A stretch of DNA of 64,000 bases from the NCBI GenBank assembly GCA_965238225.1, contig OZ250183.1, forward strand, positions 1,024,001 to 1,088,000, read 5' to 3'. Source of the DNA: Gammaproteobacteria bacterium. GTDB lineage: Bacteria; Pseudomonadota; Gammaproteobacteria; Eutrophobiales; Eutrophobiaceae. Shown here one piece after another: positions 29,810 through 40,937 of the stretch (position 1 is the stretch's first letter; each line of letters begins with the position of its first letter). The position numbers and the translations under genes were made by a program. The notes under the pieces are model-generated. The model was not told the DNA's origin and searched no databases. It was given only the letters and a program-made list of their open reading frames with translations.

Positions 29810-30574
29810 TTATTTCATTTTAAATAGAGTGAAAAAATTAACTGTTGTCTGCCTTGCGACTTGTTCAAGACTAAGACCCTTTAATTTGGCAATAAATTCA
29901 GCGACATAGCGCACGTATCCTGGCTGATTAGGCTTTCCGCGATAAGGCGCAGGCGTTAGATAAGGCGAATCAGTCTCTACCAACATCCGCTCCAATGGAA
30001 TCCGTTTGGCAACTTCCTGAACCTCTTTGGCATTTTTGAACGTTACTATTCCAGAAAATGAGATATAGAAATTCATATCCATCGCTTTTTTGGCAGTTTC
30101 CCAATTTTCAACAAAGCAATGCATCACACCGCCAGTCTCATCTGCACCTTCTTCCTGTAAGATGCGCGTTATGTCTTCACCGGCTTCACGGGCATGTATG
30201 ATCAGGGGTTTGTTGACTAATTTTGCAGCCCTTATATGCGTGCGAAATCGTTCTCGCTGCCAGTCAAGACAGCCTTCGCTCCTGAAATAGTCTAAACCGG
30301 TTTCACCAATAGCGATAACATGCTCATTTGTCGCCAATTCAGTCAGTGTTTCTAGGGAGACCTCGTCTGGCATCCTTGTATTTGGATGTACGCCACAGGA
30401 TGCATAAATACGATCGTATTTTGCGGCTAGGTTTAAAATCTCAGGGTATGTTTCCAGGTCGACCGAAACGCATAGCATATGTTCGACACCTAATGTCTTT
30501 GCATCGGCAATGATTTTGTCGACATTCACTTCCTCGCCAAGCAAAGGAATGTGGCAATGCGAATCAACAAGCAT
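29810..30574 (-). CDS. TatD-family DNase (YcfH-like)
   Basis: DSHCH, GVHP, GETGLDY, HCF, ETDSPYL motifs. Confidence 0.93.
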   Translation of the reverse strand: MLVDSHCHIPLLGEEVNVDKIIADAKTLGVEHMLCVSVDLETYPEILNLAAKYDRIYASCGVHPNTRMPDEVSLETLTELATNEHVIAIGETGLDYFRSEGCLDWQRERFRTHIRAAKLVNKPLIIHAREAGEDITRILQEEGADETGGVMHCFVENWETAKKAMDMNFYISFSGIVTFKNAKEVQEVAKRIPLERMLVETDSPYLTPAPYRGKPNQPGYVRYVAEFIAKLKGLSLEQVARQTTVNFFTLFKMK

Positions 30575-30691
30575 GTTTAGTTTTGGAGTGAATGAGTGAG
30601 ACGAATACTGGTTAAGGTATGCGCCATGAATAATTACTGCGCCTCGTTTTCTTATATTTTAGTATGGTGGATGATTTTAAACGAGCGATGA

Positions 30692-31051
30692 TTACATCGT
30701 GTGTGTAGGGCGGTCAGATGATAAGGCACCTGCCAGATATCTCTCAACCTTGGATTTGGTTGCACCCTTATCTAATTTACTAAACTGTACGCCAATACCG
30801 ACAGTTTTATTGCCTTGAGCGCTTTTGCTGGTTATCCAGGCAACACGCCCAGCAACAGGTAATTTTTGATTATCTTCCATTAAATTTAATAACATGAACA
30901 CTTCATCGCCCAGTTTATAAGGCTTTGCGGTGGGAATGAACAAGCCACCATTGTTGATAAATGGCATATAAGCAGCATAAAGCGCACTCTTTTCACGTAT
31001 GGTTAACGACAAAATACCATGCCGTGGATCACGACCTTTGGGTGTGCTCAA
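30692..31051 (-). CDS. pilZ: Type IV pilus assembly protein PilZ
   Basis: GILSLTI...LYAAYMPFI.NGGLFIPT...GIGVQF...RPTHTM; downstream of holB. Confidence 0.93.
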   Translation of the reverse strand: MSTPKGRDPRHGILSLTIREKSALYAAYMPFINNGGLFIPTAKPYKLGDEVFMLLNLMEDNQKLPVAGRVAWITSKSAQGNKTVGIGVQFSKLDKGATKSKVERYLAGALSSDRPTHTM

Positions 31052-31055
31052 GTCT

Positions 31056-32096
31056 TTATCCTCCTGTTTTTTGGTCTATTCTTCGGTGATTATCGTTTAA
31101 ACTTTGCCATAAGACAACAACATCCTCCAGCAATCCCTGTGTATTATAACCAATTGTGCTTGCCTCCATACCATACTTTTCAAGCAGCAAGTGATAAAAC
31201 CCTGTTAACTCATACAATTCTAACTGTTCTATCAATTCTTGCAAACGATCTATTGTTGTTGAATCATAAATTCCAGCTGGTTGCGCCTTTAGTTTAATTC
31301 GAACCATTTCAGCAAATAACTGAGACAGCCACAATAAAACCTGTAACGCATCATAAGATTTCCATTTTTCCGCGATTTTAATAGGGTCTTCTAGCCTTCT
31401 TTTTAAGCTGAATAAATCATCAAGCATATTCTTATGATGCCCCAAGGCATTACTTTCCAACATATCTTCAATTGCCAAAGGCGCGCCACCTGCCATGTTT
31501 AGCAGATATTTTGCATCTTTTTTTTGTTGTTTGTGATGCTTATTTACCCAGCGTACTGTTTCTTCATCAAAAGCAGGCTTAAACCTGACGTACTGACATC
31601 GGCTTTTGACGGTAATTGGCAGTAAATTTGGTTTGTGACTTAAAAGTATCAGCAATGAGTGCTCAGGTGGCTCCTCAAGTATTTTTAGTAATGAATTTGC
31701 AGCATTTCGATTCATTGCATCAGCGGGAGTAATCACAGCGATTTTATAACCACCGTATTGGCTTTTAAGATGAATGTAATCAATCAGCTTCCTCACCTCA
31801 GAAACCTTGATTTGTTTGCCCGTGTGTTCAGGGGCTACATTGAACAGATCTGGGTGGCTTTCACCCTGAATCAAATGGCATGAACGACAATTTCCACATA
31901 TATGAAGATTATCGTTTGAGTTTTGACACAATAAGCTTGTTGTCAAACATTTAGAAAAATGTTGCAAACCGATGCCGACTGGTCCGGTAAATAAAATAGC
32001 ATGCGCCATCTTGCCTGTTTGATTCGCGAGACATAAATTATGCCAGTGCTCTTTTTGCCACGGAAATGGTTTCATGAATGTGCATTCAAATGTCAT
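31056..32096 (-). CDS. holB: DNA polymerase III delta' subunit
   Basis: FPWQ, HAILFTG, CGNCRSC, HPD, NAANSLLKILEEP, SRC; start may be 32075. Confidence 0.95.
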   Translation of the reverse strand: MTFECTFMKPFPWQKEHWHNLCLANQTGKMAHAILFTGPVGIGLQHFSKCLTTSLLCQNSNDNLHICGNCRSCHLIQGESHPDLFNVAPEHTGKQIKVSEVRKLIDYIHLKSQYGGYKIAVITPADAMNRNAANSLLKILEEPPEHSLLILLSHKPNLLPITVKSRCQYVRFKPAFDEETVRWVNKHHKQQKKDAKYLLNMAGGAPLAIEDMLESNALGHHKNMLDDLFSLKRRLEDPIKIAEKWKSYDALQVLLWLSQLFAEMVRIKLKAQPAGIYDSTTIDRLQELIEQLELYELTGFYHLLLEKYGMEASTIGYNTQGLLEDVVVLWQSLNDNHRRIDQKTGG

Positions 32097-32753
32097 TCAA
32101 CTTACGTTAATTAAACCTTGTTCGAGCAAAACTTCTAGGATTGATGATTGAACGGTTTCTAAGGGTTGTTCGGCATTAATAATTTTAACTCGATCTGGAT
32201 CATCTTGCGCAATTTTTAAGTAAGTCTTTCGCGCACTCTGGAAAAAATTTATAGTTTCAATTTCAAAACGATCAATTTCGCCTCTAGCTTTGCTGCGAGA
32301 TAATCCGGTTTCTACAGATAGATCCAGCAATAAAGTAAGGTCAGGTCTAAACCCTGATAATTCTCCAGAAAATAACCATGTCTCCAGCTTTTTAATTTTT
32401 TCATTAGAGATTCCTCGCCCACCACCTTGATAGGCATAACTTGAATCAATAAACCTGTCGCAAATTACAATCTTAGCGGCAATCATCGCTGGCAAAATAA
32501 CCTTTTGCACATGTTCTGCTCTGGCTGAAAACATTAAAAGCAATTCTGTCTCTTTTGACATTTTTTCCGAGTTTTTTTTAAGTAAAAGATCGCGTATACC
32601 CTCACCTAAAGGTGTTCCGCCTGGTTCATGTGTTGACGACACTTCTTTGCCTGCTTGTTGTAATTTTTTAGAAATAAAGTCCATGTGACTACTCTTTCCA
32701 GCACCATCGATGCCTTCTAATGTAATCAAATAACCTTTTTTTGATGCGTTCAT
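32097..32753 (-). CDS. tmk: Thymidylate kinase
   Basis: EGIDGAGKS, EPGGT, CDRF..SSYAYQG. Confidence 0.96.
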   Translation of the reverse strand: MNASKKGYLITLEGIDGAGKSSHMDFISKKLQQAGKEVSSTHEPGGTPLGEGIRDLLLKKNSEKMSKETELLLMFSARAEHVQKVILPAMIAAKIVICDRFIDSSYAYQGGGRGISNEKIKKLETWLFSGELSGFRPDLTLLLDLSVETGLSRSKARGEIDRFEIETINFFQSARKTYLKIAQDDPDRVKIINAEQPLETVQSSILEVLLEQGLINVS

Positions 32754-32759
32754 GAAAGA

Positions 32760-33782
32760 TTATCTATCTAATTGATATTTGCCTACAGCACGGTTGTGCT
32801 CTTTAAGGGTTTGTGAAAAATAATGCGTTCCATCTTTTTTTGCTACGAAATATAAGGATACTCCATCCTGAGGATGTAATGCTGCATGTATTGCCTCAGC
32901 ACCAGGCAATGCGATCGGAGTTGGCGGCAATCCTGCATAAAGGTAGGTATTATACAGCGAAGCTATCTTTAAATCTTTGCGTCGTATATTGCCATTGTAA
33001 TCATCACCCATGGCGTAAATGACCGTAGGATCTGTTTGTAATCTCATCTTCTTTTGCAACCTTCTAACAAATACACCGGCTATTTGGGCGCGTTCATCTG
33101 TAACCGCAGTCTCTTTTTCAATAATGGAAGCCATGATTAATGCTTCATCAGCGGTCTTGTAGGGTAAATCTTTTTCCCTTTGTTGCCATTCTTCATTTAG
33201 AACACTTATCATTTTTTCATATGCTCGTTGCAAATATTCTACATCTGTCATGCCATAGGGGAAGTGATAGGTATCAGGAAAAAAACGACCTTCCGGATGC
33301 ACGCCAGCATAACCTATTGCTGACATAACAGTTTTACTATCGGTGTCACGTAAGGTCTTTACAAGTATTTTATTATTACTTACCGCGTGTATTGCTTGCC
33401 TGTACGACCAACCTTCTATCAAGGCTAAGGTATGTTGTATGACCTCACCCGACACAAATTTATTTAACAGTTGTCGTTGTGTTATTTTTGAATCCAAGCG
33501 GTACTCTCCTGCCTTGAGTCTTGATGCGCTACTATGCAATCTGGCTTCTAACGTAAAATAATAAGGATTATTTAATATCTCCTTTTGCGTTAAATCCTGT
33601 ACAATTTGTTGCAGACTCATTCTCGGTTTAATTGTATAAATCAGAGGGGTGTTTGCTTTAATCTTAATAGGAAAATCTAACTGCGTTTGCATATCAGACC
33701 AGACCCAGTATGTCGTTACTCCTCCTGCAACGAACAATAAAACAAGCAATGCCGTAATTATTTTTTTATTAGTATGAGTCAT
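32760..33782 (-). CDS. mltG: Endolytic transglycosylase MltG
   Basis: N-terminal TM, EG.FFPDTY, ASIIEKE, MRLQTDPTV, YNTY. Confidence 0.95.
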   Translation of the reverse strand: MTHTNKKIITALLVLLFVAGGVTTYWVWSDMQTQLDFPIKIKANTPLIYTIKPRMSLQQIVQDLTQKEILNNPYYFTLEARLHSSASRLKAGEYRLDSKITQRQLLNKFVSGEVIQHTLALIEGWSYRQAIHAVSNNKILVKTLRDTDSKTVMSAIGYAGVHPEGRFFPDTYHFPYGMTDVEYLQRAYEKMISVLNEEWQQREKDLPYKTADEALIMASIIEKETAVTDERAQIAGVFVRRLQKKMRLQTDPTVIYAMGDDYNGNIRRKDLKIASLYNTYLYAGLPPTPIALPGAEAIHAALHPQDGVSLYFVAKKDGTHYFSQTLKEHNRAVGKYQLDR

Positions 33783-33798
33783 GGTAGCAAGGCACGCT

Positions 33799-34620
33799 TT
33801 AAACAGGCGCGATAATCTTTTTTGAGATCAGAAATTTATTAATTTCATTGGCAGCAAGTTGTGAATGGAATCTATTATTTCCCAATTGTTTAACAGGCAT
33901 AATGCCTGCGATGCTGTTACAAAAAAATATTTCACTAGCAGAACAAACATCTTTCAATGATAATTTTCTTATTTCACTTGTGTAAGATAATTCTGTCGAG
34001 TGGTTTAATATGTATTGCCGAATAATACCTCGAATACCGCAGAGAGAAAGATCTGGTGTGATTAATTTTTTATCAGGAAAAACTATAAATAGATTGCTCA
34101 TAGTGCCTTCAATAACATTGTCATCAATATCCATCATCAATCCTTCGCTTGTATCAGTATCATCCCATTCATTGCGAGCTAATACCTGCTCCAGCCTGTT
34201 TAAATGTTTTATGCCTGCAAGTTTAGGGCTGTGCCCTAACTTATTAGAGCACAGAAAGACATGTATTCCTTGTGTTGAATAATTGTCTGGATATTTTGGC
34301 CAAGGGTATATTGTTAGCAATCGCGTAGGTTTTAACTCTAGACTACTTCTTTTATAACCTCTATCTCCTACCCCACTGGTAATGATAATCTTTAGAACAG
34401 CTCGATCAATATTTTTACAAATAGAAATAATTTCTGATTCAAGAATTTCTACATCATTGAAATCCAGCTTTAATTCCACGCATCCTGATAACAGTCGTTG
34501 AAGATGCTTGCTTAAGCAAAGCGGTTGTTCATTGATGACTGCAATTGTCTCGAACAGACCATCGCCATAATGTAAGCCTCTATCTAAAACATTCAGTCCA
34601 TCTATGTTTTTCCCATTCAA
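33799..34620 (-). CDS. pabC: Aminodeoxychorismate lyase
   Basis: DRGLHYGDGLFET, KHLNRLEQV, EGTMSN; between fabF and mltG. Confidence 0.93.
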   Translation of the reverse strand: MNGKNIDGLNVLDRGLHYGDGLFETIAVINEQPLCLSKHLQRLLSGCVELKLDFNDVEILESEIISICKNIDRAVLKIIITSGVGDRGYKRSSLELKPTRLLTIYPWPKYPDNYSTQGIHVFLCSNKLGHSPKLAGIKHLNRLEQVLARNEWDDTDTSEGLMMDIDDNVIEGTMSNLFIVFPDKKLITPDLSLCGIRGIIRQYILNHSTELSYTSEIRKLSLKDVCSASEIFFCNSIAGIMPVKQLGNNRFHSQLAANEINKFLISKKIIAPV

Positions 34621-34656
34621 GAGAAATATGGTGATTGCTTGTGTAATTTGAATTAG

Positions 34657-35898
34657 TTACTCAGTTCGTCCGAATATCAGTGTGCCATTAGTCCCACCAA
34701 ACCCGAATGAGTTTGACAAAACAATATTGATTTTCATTTGTCGTGCTTCATGTGGCACAAAGTCCAAGTCACACCTTGGGTCAGGGTTATCTAGGTTAAT
34801 TGTTGGCGGCGCAATACAATCACGTAAAGCGAGTACAGAAAAAATAGCTTCTACACCACCTGCTGCACCCAGCAAGTGACCTATCATAGATTTGCTTGAA
34901 CTTACAGCAAGTTTGGCTGGTTTGGCACCAAATATTTTTTTTAGTGCACGTGTTTCTGCAATGTCGCCTGCAGGCGTAGAAGTCCCGTGGGCATTGATAT
35001 AATCAATTTGTTCTGGATTAAGCTCAGCATTATTTAGTGCATTTTTCATACAACGCGCAGCACCGTCACCGTCTTTTGATGGTGCAGTCATATGATACGC
35101 ATCACCACTCATGCCATAACCAAGCATCTCTGCGTAGATATTTGCCTCGCGCTTCTTTGCATGCTCATACTCTTCCAGCACCATCACGCCTGCACCATCG
35201 CCGAGTACAAACCCATCTCTATCTCTATCCCATGGCCGACTGGCGGCTTCCGGAGCATCATTGCGTGTCGATAATGCCTTTGCCGAGGCAAAGCTGGCCA
35301 AACATGTCTCTGAACTTGCCATTTCTGCACCACCTGCAACCATGATATCGGCATCTCCATATTCAATTAGCCTAGCCGCATCGCCAATATTGTGCGTTCC
35401 CGATGTACATGCTGTAACGATAGCAAAATTAGGACCCTTAATTCCATATTTGATGGAAAGATTGCCCGATATCATATTGATAATAACACTGGGCATAAAG
35501 AATGGAGAAATCTTACTAGGTCCTTTATTTAAAAATTGTTTGGTGCATTTTTCAATGCCGGCTAGACCTCCAATCCCCGATCCAATAGCAACACCAATTC
35601 TATGTGCATTTTCCTCGGTAATCTCCAAGCCAGAATCTTCAATGGCATGACTCCCTGCGACCATCCCATAATGGATAAATGGAGTCATTTTTTTTATATC
35701 TTTACGGGGGATATATTGAGCTGCATCAAAATTTTTGAGGAACCCGCCAATACGCACAGAAAACTCAGATGTGTCAAAACGATCGATGAGACCAATGCCA
35801 CTGACACCATTTTGAATATTGCCCCAAGTCTCTTTGACGCTATTGCCAACAGGCGTTAAAAGCCCAAGGCCAGTAACTACCACACGCCTTTTACTCAA
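34657..35898 (-). CDS. fabF: 3-oxoacyl-ACP synthase II
   Basis: [37 protein letters not shown]. Confidence 0.97.
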   Translation of the reverse strand: MSKRRVVVTGLGLLTPVGNSVKETWGNIQNGVSGIGLIDRFDTSEFSVRIGGFLKNFDAAQYIPRKDIKKMTPFIHYGMVAGSHAIEDSGLEITEENAHRIGVAIGSGIGGLAGIEKCTKQFLNKGPSKISPFFMPSVIINMISGNLSIKYGIKGPNFAIVTACTSGTHNIGDAARLIEYGDADIMVAGGAEMASSETCLASFASAKALSTRNDAPEAASRPWDRDRDGFVLGDGAGVMVLEEYEHAKKREANIYAEMLGYGMSGDAYHMTAPSKDGDGAARCMKNALNNAELNPEQIDYINAHGTSTPAGDIAETRALKKIFGAKPAKLAVSSSKSMIGHLLGAAGGVEAIFSVLALRDCIAPPTINLDNPDPRCDLDFVPHEARQMKINIVLSNSFGFGGTNGTLIFGRTE

Positions 35899-35976
35899 TC
35901 TCTTTAATCCTTGTTGCTTTACAAACCATGTTACATATAACAGTAATTCTATTACTACATTTACCTCTCATAACAG

Positions 35977-36011
35977 AAAAAGGCCGCATCATTCTTTCTG
36001 ATGCAGCCTTT
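35977..36011 (-). terminator. Terminator downstream of acpP
   Basis: Minus strand AAAGGCTGCATCA-7 nt-TGATGCGGCCTTTTT. Confidence 0.7.
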
Positions 36012-36032
36012 CATGCCATGTAGCAAATGGCT

Positions 36033-36269
36033 TTACTCCATATGCGCATTGATGTAATCAATCGCAAGCTGAATTGATGTAATCTTCTCTGCTGCTTCAT
36101 CGGGAATTTCCGTCTTAAACTCTTCTTCAAGAGCCATAACCAGCTCGACTGTATCCAACGAATCTGCGCCTAAATCATCTATAAAAGAAGCTTCATTCGT
36201 TACTTCATCTTCTTTGACTCCCAGCTGTTCTACAGTAATTTTTTTAACGCGTTCTTCAACACTACTCAT
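36033..36269 (-). CDS. acpP: Acyl carrier protein
   Basis: [11 protein letters not shown]...[20 protein letters not shown]; GGAGG RBS before ATG 36269. Confidence 0.97.
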   Translation of the reverse strand: MSSVEERVKKITVEQLGVKEDEVTNEASFIDDLGADSLDTVELVMALEEEFKTEIPDEAAEKITSIQLAIDYINAHME

Positions 36270-36428
36270 GATGGAATTATCCTCCTTAACGACCAAGCCG
36301 GCCGAACAGCGGGTCTAGTTTAGTGAAATACAGGTAACTTTCAACCCAGATATTGTAATAAATAATCTTTTTCTTTTCTAATCAAAAAGATAGTTTAATT
36401 ACTTAATGATTTAAATATTGAATAATAG

Positions 36429-37172
36429 TTATCCCATATACATACCACCGTTCACGTTGATTGTTTCTCCTGTGATATAAGCTGCGTCATCTGATGCCAA
36501 AAAACTGACTGTTGCAGCAATTTCATCTGCCTTACCCAGTCGATTCAGTGCTATTTGCTTGAGCAATGATTCCTTTTGTTTGCCCTCCACAGCACCGGTC
36601 ATATCTGTTTCTATAAATCCAGGTGCGACTGCATTGACAGTAACCCCGCGTGAACCAATCTCTTTGGCCAAAGATCGCGTAAAACCTATCATTCCCGCCT
36701 TTGATGCCGCATAATTCGTTTGTCCGGGATTTCCAGACATAGCAACTACTGAGGTGATATTAATAATTCTTCCTGATCGTGCCTTTAACATGCCACGCAG
36801 GCACATTTTTGTGGTTTGGTAAATGGCATTTAGATTGGTATTAATAACATCTTCCCATTCCTCATTTTTCATACGTATCAGGAGATTATCCTTAGCGATT
36901 CCTGCGTTATTGACCAATATATCTGGGACATAAGCGGTTTTTTTTAAGGTATTCTTAAACTCATTAATGGAGGAATTGTCTGCAACATCTAAAACATAGG
37001 CGCTACCTTTCAAACCATTATCAGTAAATATTTTTTTTATGGATTCAACGCCATTTTTTGAGGTGGCGGTACCAATAACATGAGCTCCAGCCTTGCCTAA
37101 TGCCAACGCAATAGATTGACCAATGCCTCGGCTTGCACCCGTTACCAGCGCAGTTTTTCCTTCAAGTTTCAC
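36429..37172 (-). CDS. fabG: 3-oxoacyl-ACP reductase
   Basis: TGASRGIG, NNAG, YAASKAG, NGGMYM. Confidence 0.96.
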   Translation of the reverse strand: MKLEGKTALVTGASRGIGQSIALALGKAGAHVIGTATSKNGVESIKKIFTDNGLKGSAYVLDVADNSSINEFKNTLKKTAYVPDILVNNAGIAKDNLLIRMKNEEWEDVINTNLNAIYQTTKMCLRGMLKARSGRIINITSVVAMSGNPGQTNYAASKAGMIGFTRSLAKEIGSRGVTVNAVAPGFIETDMTGAVEGKQKESLLKQIALNRLGKADEIAATVSFLASDDAAYITGETINVNGGMYMG

Positions 37173-37191
37173 TATTTGATCCTCATGCTAA

Positions 37192-38124
37192 TCACTTCAA
37201 TTTCATCAGAGTTTTTTCCAATGATGCTAAGTCAAAAATTGGAAAACTATCGAGGTTCCGATCAATCCTCTTAATCAAACCACTCAACACCTTGCCCGGA
37301 CCGCACTCAATGATAATCTTGATGTTTTTTGTAACCATTTTCTGAATGGTTTCAAGCCAGAGAACTGGTTTGCAAAGCTGATCTTGAAGTATCAATTTTA
37401 TCTCACGTACATCATGTCGTTCAGCAGCATCAACATTATGCAAAACCGGAATATCAGGCTGCTTAAAATCAATTGTATCCATATATTTTGCAAATTTATT
37501 TGCTGCTTTTTCCATGAGTGCGCAGTGAGAAGGCACACTCACTGGCAAGATAACTGATCGCTTAGCCCCTTGTGTTTTTGCTAAACAAACAGCACGTTGA
37601 ACGGCTTCTTTATGTCCTGAGATGACTACTTGCTCGGAAGAATTATAATTTGCTGCAGAAACTATTTGCCCTTTTGCAGCTTGCTTACATATTGCTTCAA
37701 TTTGATCGTTTGTAAGACCCAAAATCGCCGCCATGCTACCAGTTCCTTCTGCAACAGCGTCTTGCATATATGCTCCTCTGCAAGCAACCAATTTGATGGC
37801 ATCGGTAAAATTGAGAACGCCCGAACAGACCAATGCCGAGTATTCGCCCAGACTATGTCCAGCCAATATGACTGGTTTGTCTTGAGATAATTCATTCCAA
37901 ATACGCCATGTGGCAATACTGCTTGCCAGTAGCGCTGGCTGAGTTTTTATTGTTTGATTGAGTTTGGCTTCAGGACCTTGTTGTACGAGCTGCCATAAAT
38001 CATAGCCAAGCACATCAGAAGCTTCTGTAAATGTAGATTTAACCGTTTGATAGGAAACGGCCAATTCGGCCATCATGCCTAATGATTGAGAACCTTGTCC
38101 GGGAAATACAAAAGCAATGGTCAT
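37192..38124 (-). CDS. fabD: Malonyl-CoA:ACP transacylase
   Basis: FPGQGSQ, GHSLGEY, VSVPSHC, GPGKVL. Confidence 0.96.
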   Translation of the reverse strand: MTIAFVFPGQGSQSLGMMAELAVSYQTVKSTFTEASDVLGYDLWQLVQQGPEAKLNQTIKTQPALLASSIATWRIWNELSQDKPVILAGHSLGEYSALVCSGVLNFTDAIKLVACRGAYMQDAVAEGTGSMAAILGLTNDQIEAICKQAAKGQIVSAANYNSSEQVVISGHKEAVQRAVCLAKTQGAKRSVILPVSVPSHCALMEKAANKFAKYMDTIDFKQPDIPVLHNVDAAERHDVREIKLILQDQLCKPVLWLETIQKMVTKNIKIIIECGPGKVLSGLIKRIDRNLDSFPIFDLASLEKTLMKLK

Positions 38125-38227
38125 ATTGTATAAGTATAATAAAGTTAAAAATATTATCTCAGATAGCAAGTCATTTTTTTAATTAGCACCTTCATTTATT
38201 ATATCTGCTGCACCGGTTTTATTTAAG

Positions 38228-39196
38228 TTAATAATCCAGCAGCGCTGAACCCCAGGTCAATCCACTTCCAAAGGCTTCAAGCAATAACTTGTCACCGCGT
38301 TGTATTCTTCCATCTTTGATTGCTACATCTAACGCTAATGGTATTGATGCTGCTGAGGTATTACCATGTTCACCCACTGTTAAGACAACCTTATCCATAG
38401 ACATATCGAGTTTTTTTGCCATCGCTGAAATGATCCTTATATTGGCCTGATGAGGCACCAGCCAATCTATATCTTTTTCCTCAAGATTATTTGCTGCCAG
38501 AGTTTCATCAGCGACCTTGCCTAAGGTATTCACAGCTATTTTAAATATTTCATTGCCCTGCATCTGTATATAGGTATTGCCATCTTTGAGTGATGCATAA
38601 TTTGAAGAAATGCCTGTAGGAACTTTCAGCAAGTCCTTATATTGACCGTTGGCATGCAGAACAGTCGAAATGATTCCAGGCTGGAGGTTCGCCTCCAATA
38701 CAACAGCACCTGCACCATCGCCAAATAGCACACAGGTATCCCTGTCTGTCCAATCAATGATCTTGGATAAGGTTTCAGCACCAACTACTAGGACTTTCAC
38801 GGCGCTATCTGTTTTTATAAATTTGTCGGCGATACTAAGTGCGTAAATAAAACCTGCACATACTGCTTGCACATCAAAGGCAGCTCCACCGCTTATGCCC
38901 AAACGCTCTTGTAATAAACAGGCGCTGCTGGGGAAAACGAGATCAGGGGTAGTTGTTGCAAAAATGATTAAATCAATTTCATCTGCATTTATTGAAGCAG
39001 TTTGCATAGCAAGCTGTGCTGCATGTTCGGCAAGATCGCAAGTGGTTTCATGCTCAGCAGCAATATGCCTCCTGTGAATACCCGTTCTATTTTTAATCCA
39101 TTCATCGGAAGTATCTATCATTCGCTCTAGTTCGGCGTTTTCCATAATACGCTCTGGTAGATAGCTGCCTACGCCTGCAATCTTTGAATAAATCAA
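38228..39196 (-). CDS. fabH: 3-oxoacyl-ACP synthase III
   Basis: AVCAGF, LFGDGAGA, PHQAN, GNTSAAS. Confidence 0.96.
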   Translation of the reverse strand: MIYSKIAGVGSYLPERIMENAELERMIDTSDEWIKNRTGIHRRHIAAEHETTCDLAEHAAQLAMQTASINADEIDLIIFATTTPDLVFPSSACLLQERLGISGGAAFDVQAVCAGFIYALSIADKFIKTDSAVKVLVVGAETLSKIIDWTDRDTCVLFGDGAGAVVLEANLQPGIISTVLHANGQYKDLLKVPTGISSNYASLKDGNTYIQMQGNEIFKIAVNTLGKVADETLAANNLEEKDIDWLVPHQANIRIISAMAKKLDMSMDKVVLTVGEHGNTSAASIPLALDVAIKDGRIQRGDKLLLEAFGSGLTWGSALLDY

Positions 39197-40215
39197 ATTG
39201 GTTCGCGCTCCGTCAGTAATTCTTCAAGTCTGGCATTAATCTTTTCCGGGACATTTTTCTTAACCTCGGCAATGGCTTCTTCAATGGCATGCGCAAAAGA
39301 TATCTTATCAGCACTGCCATGGCTTTTTATAACAATCCCTCTAAGCCCTAATAAGCTTGCACCATTATAACGTCTGGGATCAAGTTTGTGTTGAATGCCT
39401 TTGAATATTGGCATGGTTATCAAAGCCGCCAATCTGCCATAGAAAGACTTCTGGAATGTATTTTTTATATGTTGACTTATGAATTCTGCTACACCTTCAC
39501 TTGCTTTTAGTGCAATGTTACCAACAAATCCATCACACACAATGACATCAAATTTTCCGCTATATATATCTGTGCCTTCGGCAAATCCAACATAGTTAAG
39601 ATGGCTGTCAGATAGAAATGTTGCTGCAAGTTTAATACGATCATTGCCTTTCATTTTTTCAGAGCCAATGTTTAATAATGCAACAGTTGGGCTATTAATA
39701 TCCTTGGTAGCACTGGATAATTCTGTACCCATTACTGCAAACTGCAATAGCTGTTCAGCACTTGAATCAACATTTGCGCCTAAATCAAGTAAATACGTTT
39801 CACCGTCCAATGCTGGCATGACAGAACAAATGGCGGGGCGGTCAATTCCCGGCAGCATTTTCAGAACAAATCTAGATATGGCCATTAAGGCACCTGTATT
39901 TCCAGCACTGACGCAGGCTTGCGCCTCGCCTTCATGAACCATGTTGATAGCAATCCGCATTGATGAATTTTTTTTATTACGCAATGCCTTGGAGGGTTGT
40001 TCATGCATCTCTACTACTTCAGGCGCATGCTTAATACTTAGTTGCTTGTTCGATGTGGCATTATTTTCCAAGAGTGTTTGTAGCAGAATTTCGTCTCGCC
40101 CAACAAGGATAAGATGCAGGTTGCTATACCTATCCAATACACTGAGTGCGGCGGGAATAATCTCGGCTGATCCGTGATCACCGCTCATGGCATCTAACGC
40201 TATGGTGACTTCCAA
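39193..40215 (-). CDS. plsX: Phosphate acyltransferase PlsX
   Basis: ALDAMSGD, SAGNTGA, LDLGAN, CDGFVGN, KSHGS. Confidence 0.96.
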   Translation of the reverse strand: MEVTIALDAMSGDHGSAEIIPAALSVLDRYSNLHLILVGRDEILLQTLLENNATSNKQLSIKHAPEVVEMHEQPSKALRNKKNSSMRIAINMVHEGEAQACVSAGNTGALMAISRFVLKMLPGIDRPAICSVMPALDGETYLLDLGANVDSSAEQLLQFAVMGTELSSATKDINSPTVALLNIGSEKMKGNDRIKLAATFLSDSHLNYVGFAEGTDIYSGKFDVIVCDGFVGNIALKASEGVAEFISQHIKNTFQKSFYGRLAALITMPIFKGIQHKLDPRRYNGASLLGLRGIVIKSHGSADKISFAHAIEEAIAEVKKNVPEKINARLEELLTEREPI

Positions 40216-40340
40216 AATAACCTCACTGGTGTGGAAAATATATCCTGTCCAATCAATAATTCAGACAGATAGAATTTAAAAATGATAATAAACTGAGAAG
40301 TTGACAGAAATTGATAGTCTAAAATTTAATCAATCTAGAT

Positions 40341-40520
40341 CTAAATTTCTTTATTTTCTACGACTTTATTGCCGCGGTAGTAACCGTCTGCGCTAACATG
40401 ATGACGCCTGTGTGTTTCACCTGTATTTGGTTCAATAGACAATGTTGCTAGATTAAGCTTGTCGTGGGAACGCCTCATACCACGACGTGAAACAGATTTT
40501 TTACTTTTTTGAACAGCCAT
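40341..40520 (-). CDS. rpmF: 50S ribosomal protein L32 (59 aa, below ORF-track cutoff)
   Basis: Manual translation [59 protein letters not shown]. Confidence 0.96.
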   Translation of the reverse strand: MAVQKSKKSVSRRGMRRSHDKLNLATLSIEPNTGETHRRHHVSADGYYRGNKVVENKEI

Positions 40521-40544
40521 GGCTGATTTTCTCCTAACTAGTTA

Positions 40545-40920
40545 CTTAATTTTAATTTTTCTAACTCAACAAAACGATTTTTGTCCTTAATTGCTCAGAT
40601 TTAAATTTGTTTGCTTTTTCTGCATTCCTGTTTTTCACGCGGCAAGTTCTCATGCAGTGAAACATAAGGACATCGCCAGCAACAATTCATCACATGGCGC
40701 AAACCCAGCCGGTAGATTTTCTGCCTCTACTGCAGAGGTTCCATACAACGCTGGCAAACCTGAGGCAGTGTCGTTTACACATGCCCAGCCATACTAAGAA
40801 ATCGATTTTTGTTACCCCTGTTAAAGTTTAAATCTAGAAAGTTTTAATATAGAGAACTCAAGCCTGAAGCGTACTTGAGCCTTAAAACCGCCTTCTAATA
40901 ACGCATTTATGTGATCAAAT
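40545..40920 (-). pseudogene. yceD: Degraded yceD (DUF177) gene
   Basis: Minus-strand remnants GHV*TTLPQVCQRCMEPLQ*, DELLLAM and NRFVELEKLK with in-frame stops and frameshifts; canonical position upstream of rpmF. Confidence 0.8.
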
Positions 40921-40937
40921 TGGCGCGAATTATAGCA
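40920..40937 (-). promoter_or_regulatory. Putative extended -10 promoter of the yceD-rpmF-plsX-fab operon
   Basis: Minus strand TGCTATAAT followed by GC-rich discriminator TCGCGCC. Confidence 0.55.

Noticed and set aside
40591-40797. 68-aa + strand ORF
   Set aside because: Antisense to the yceD pseudogene; no recognisable motif.
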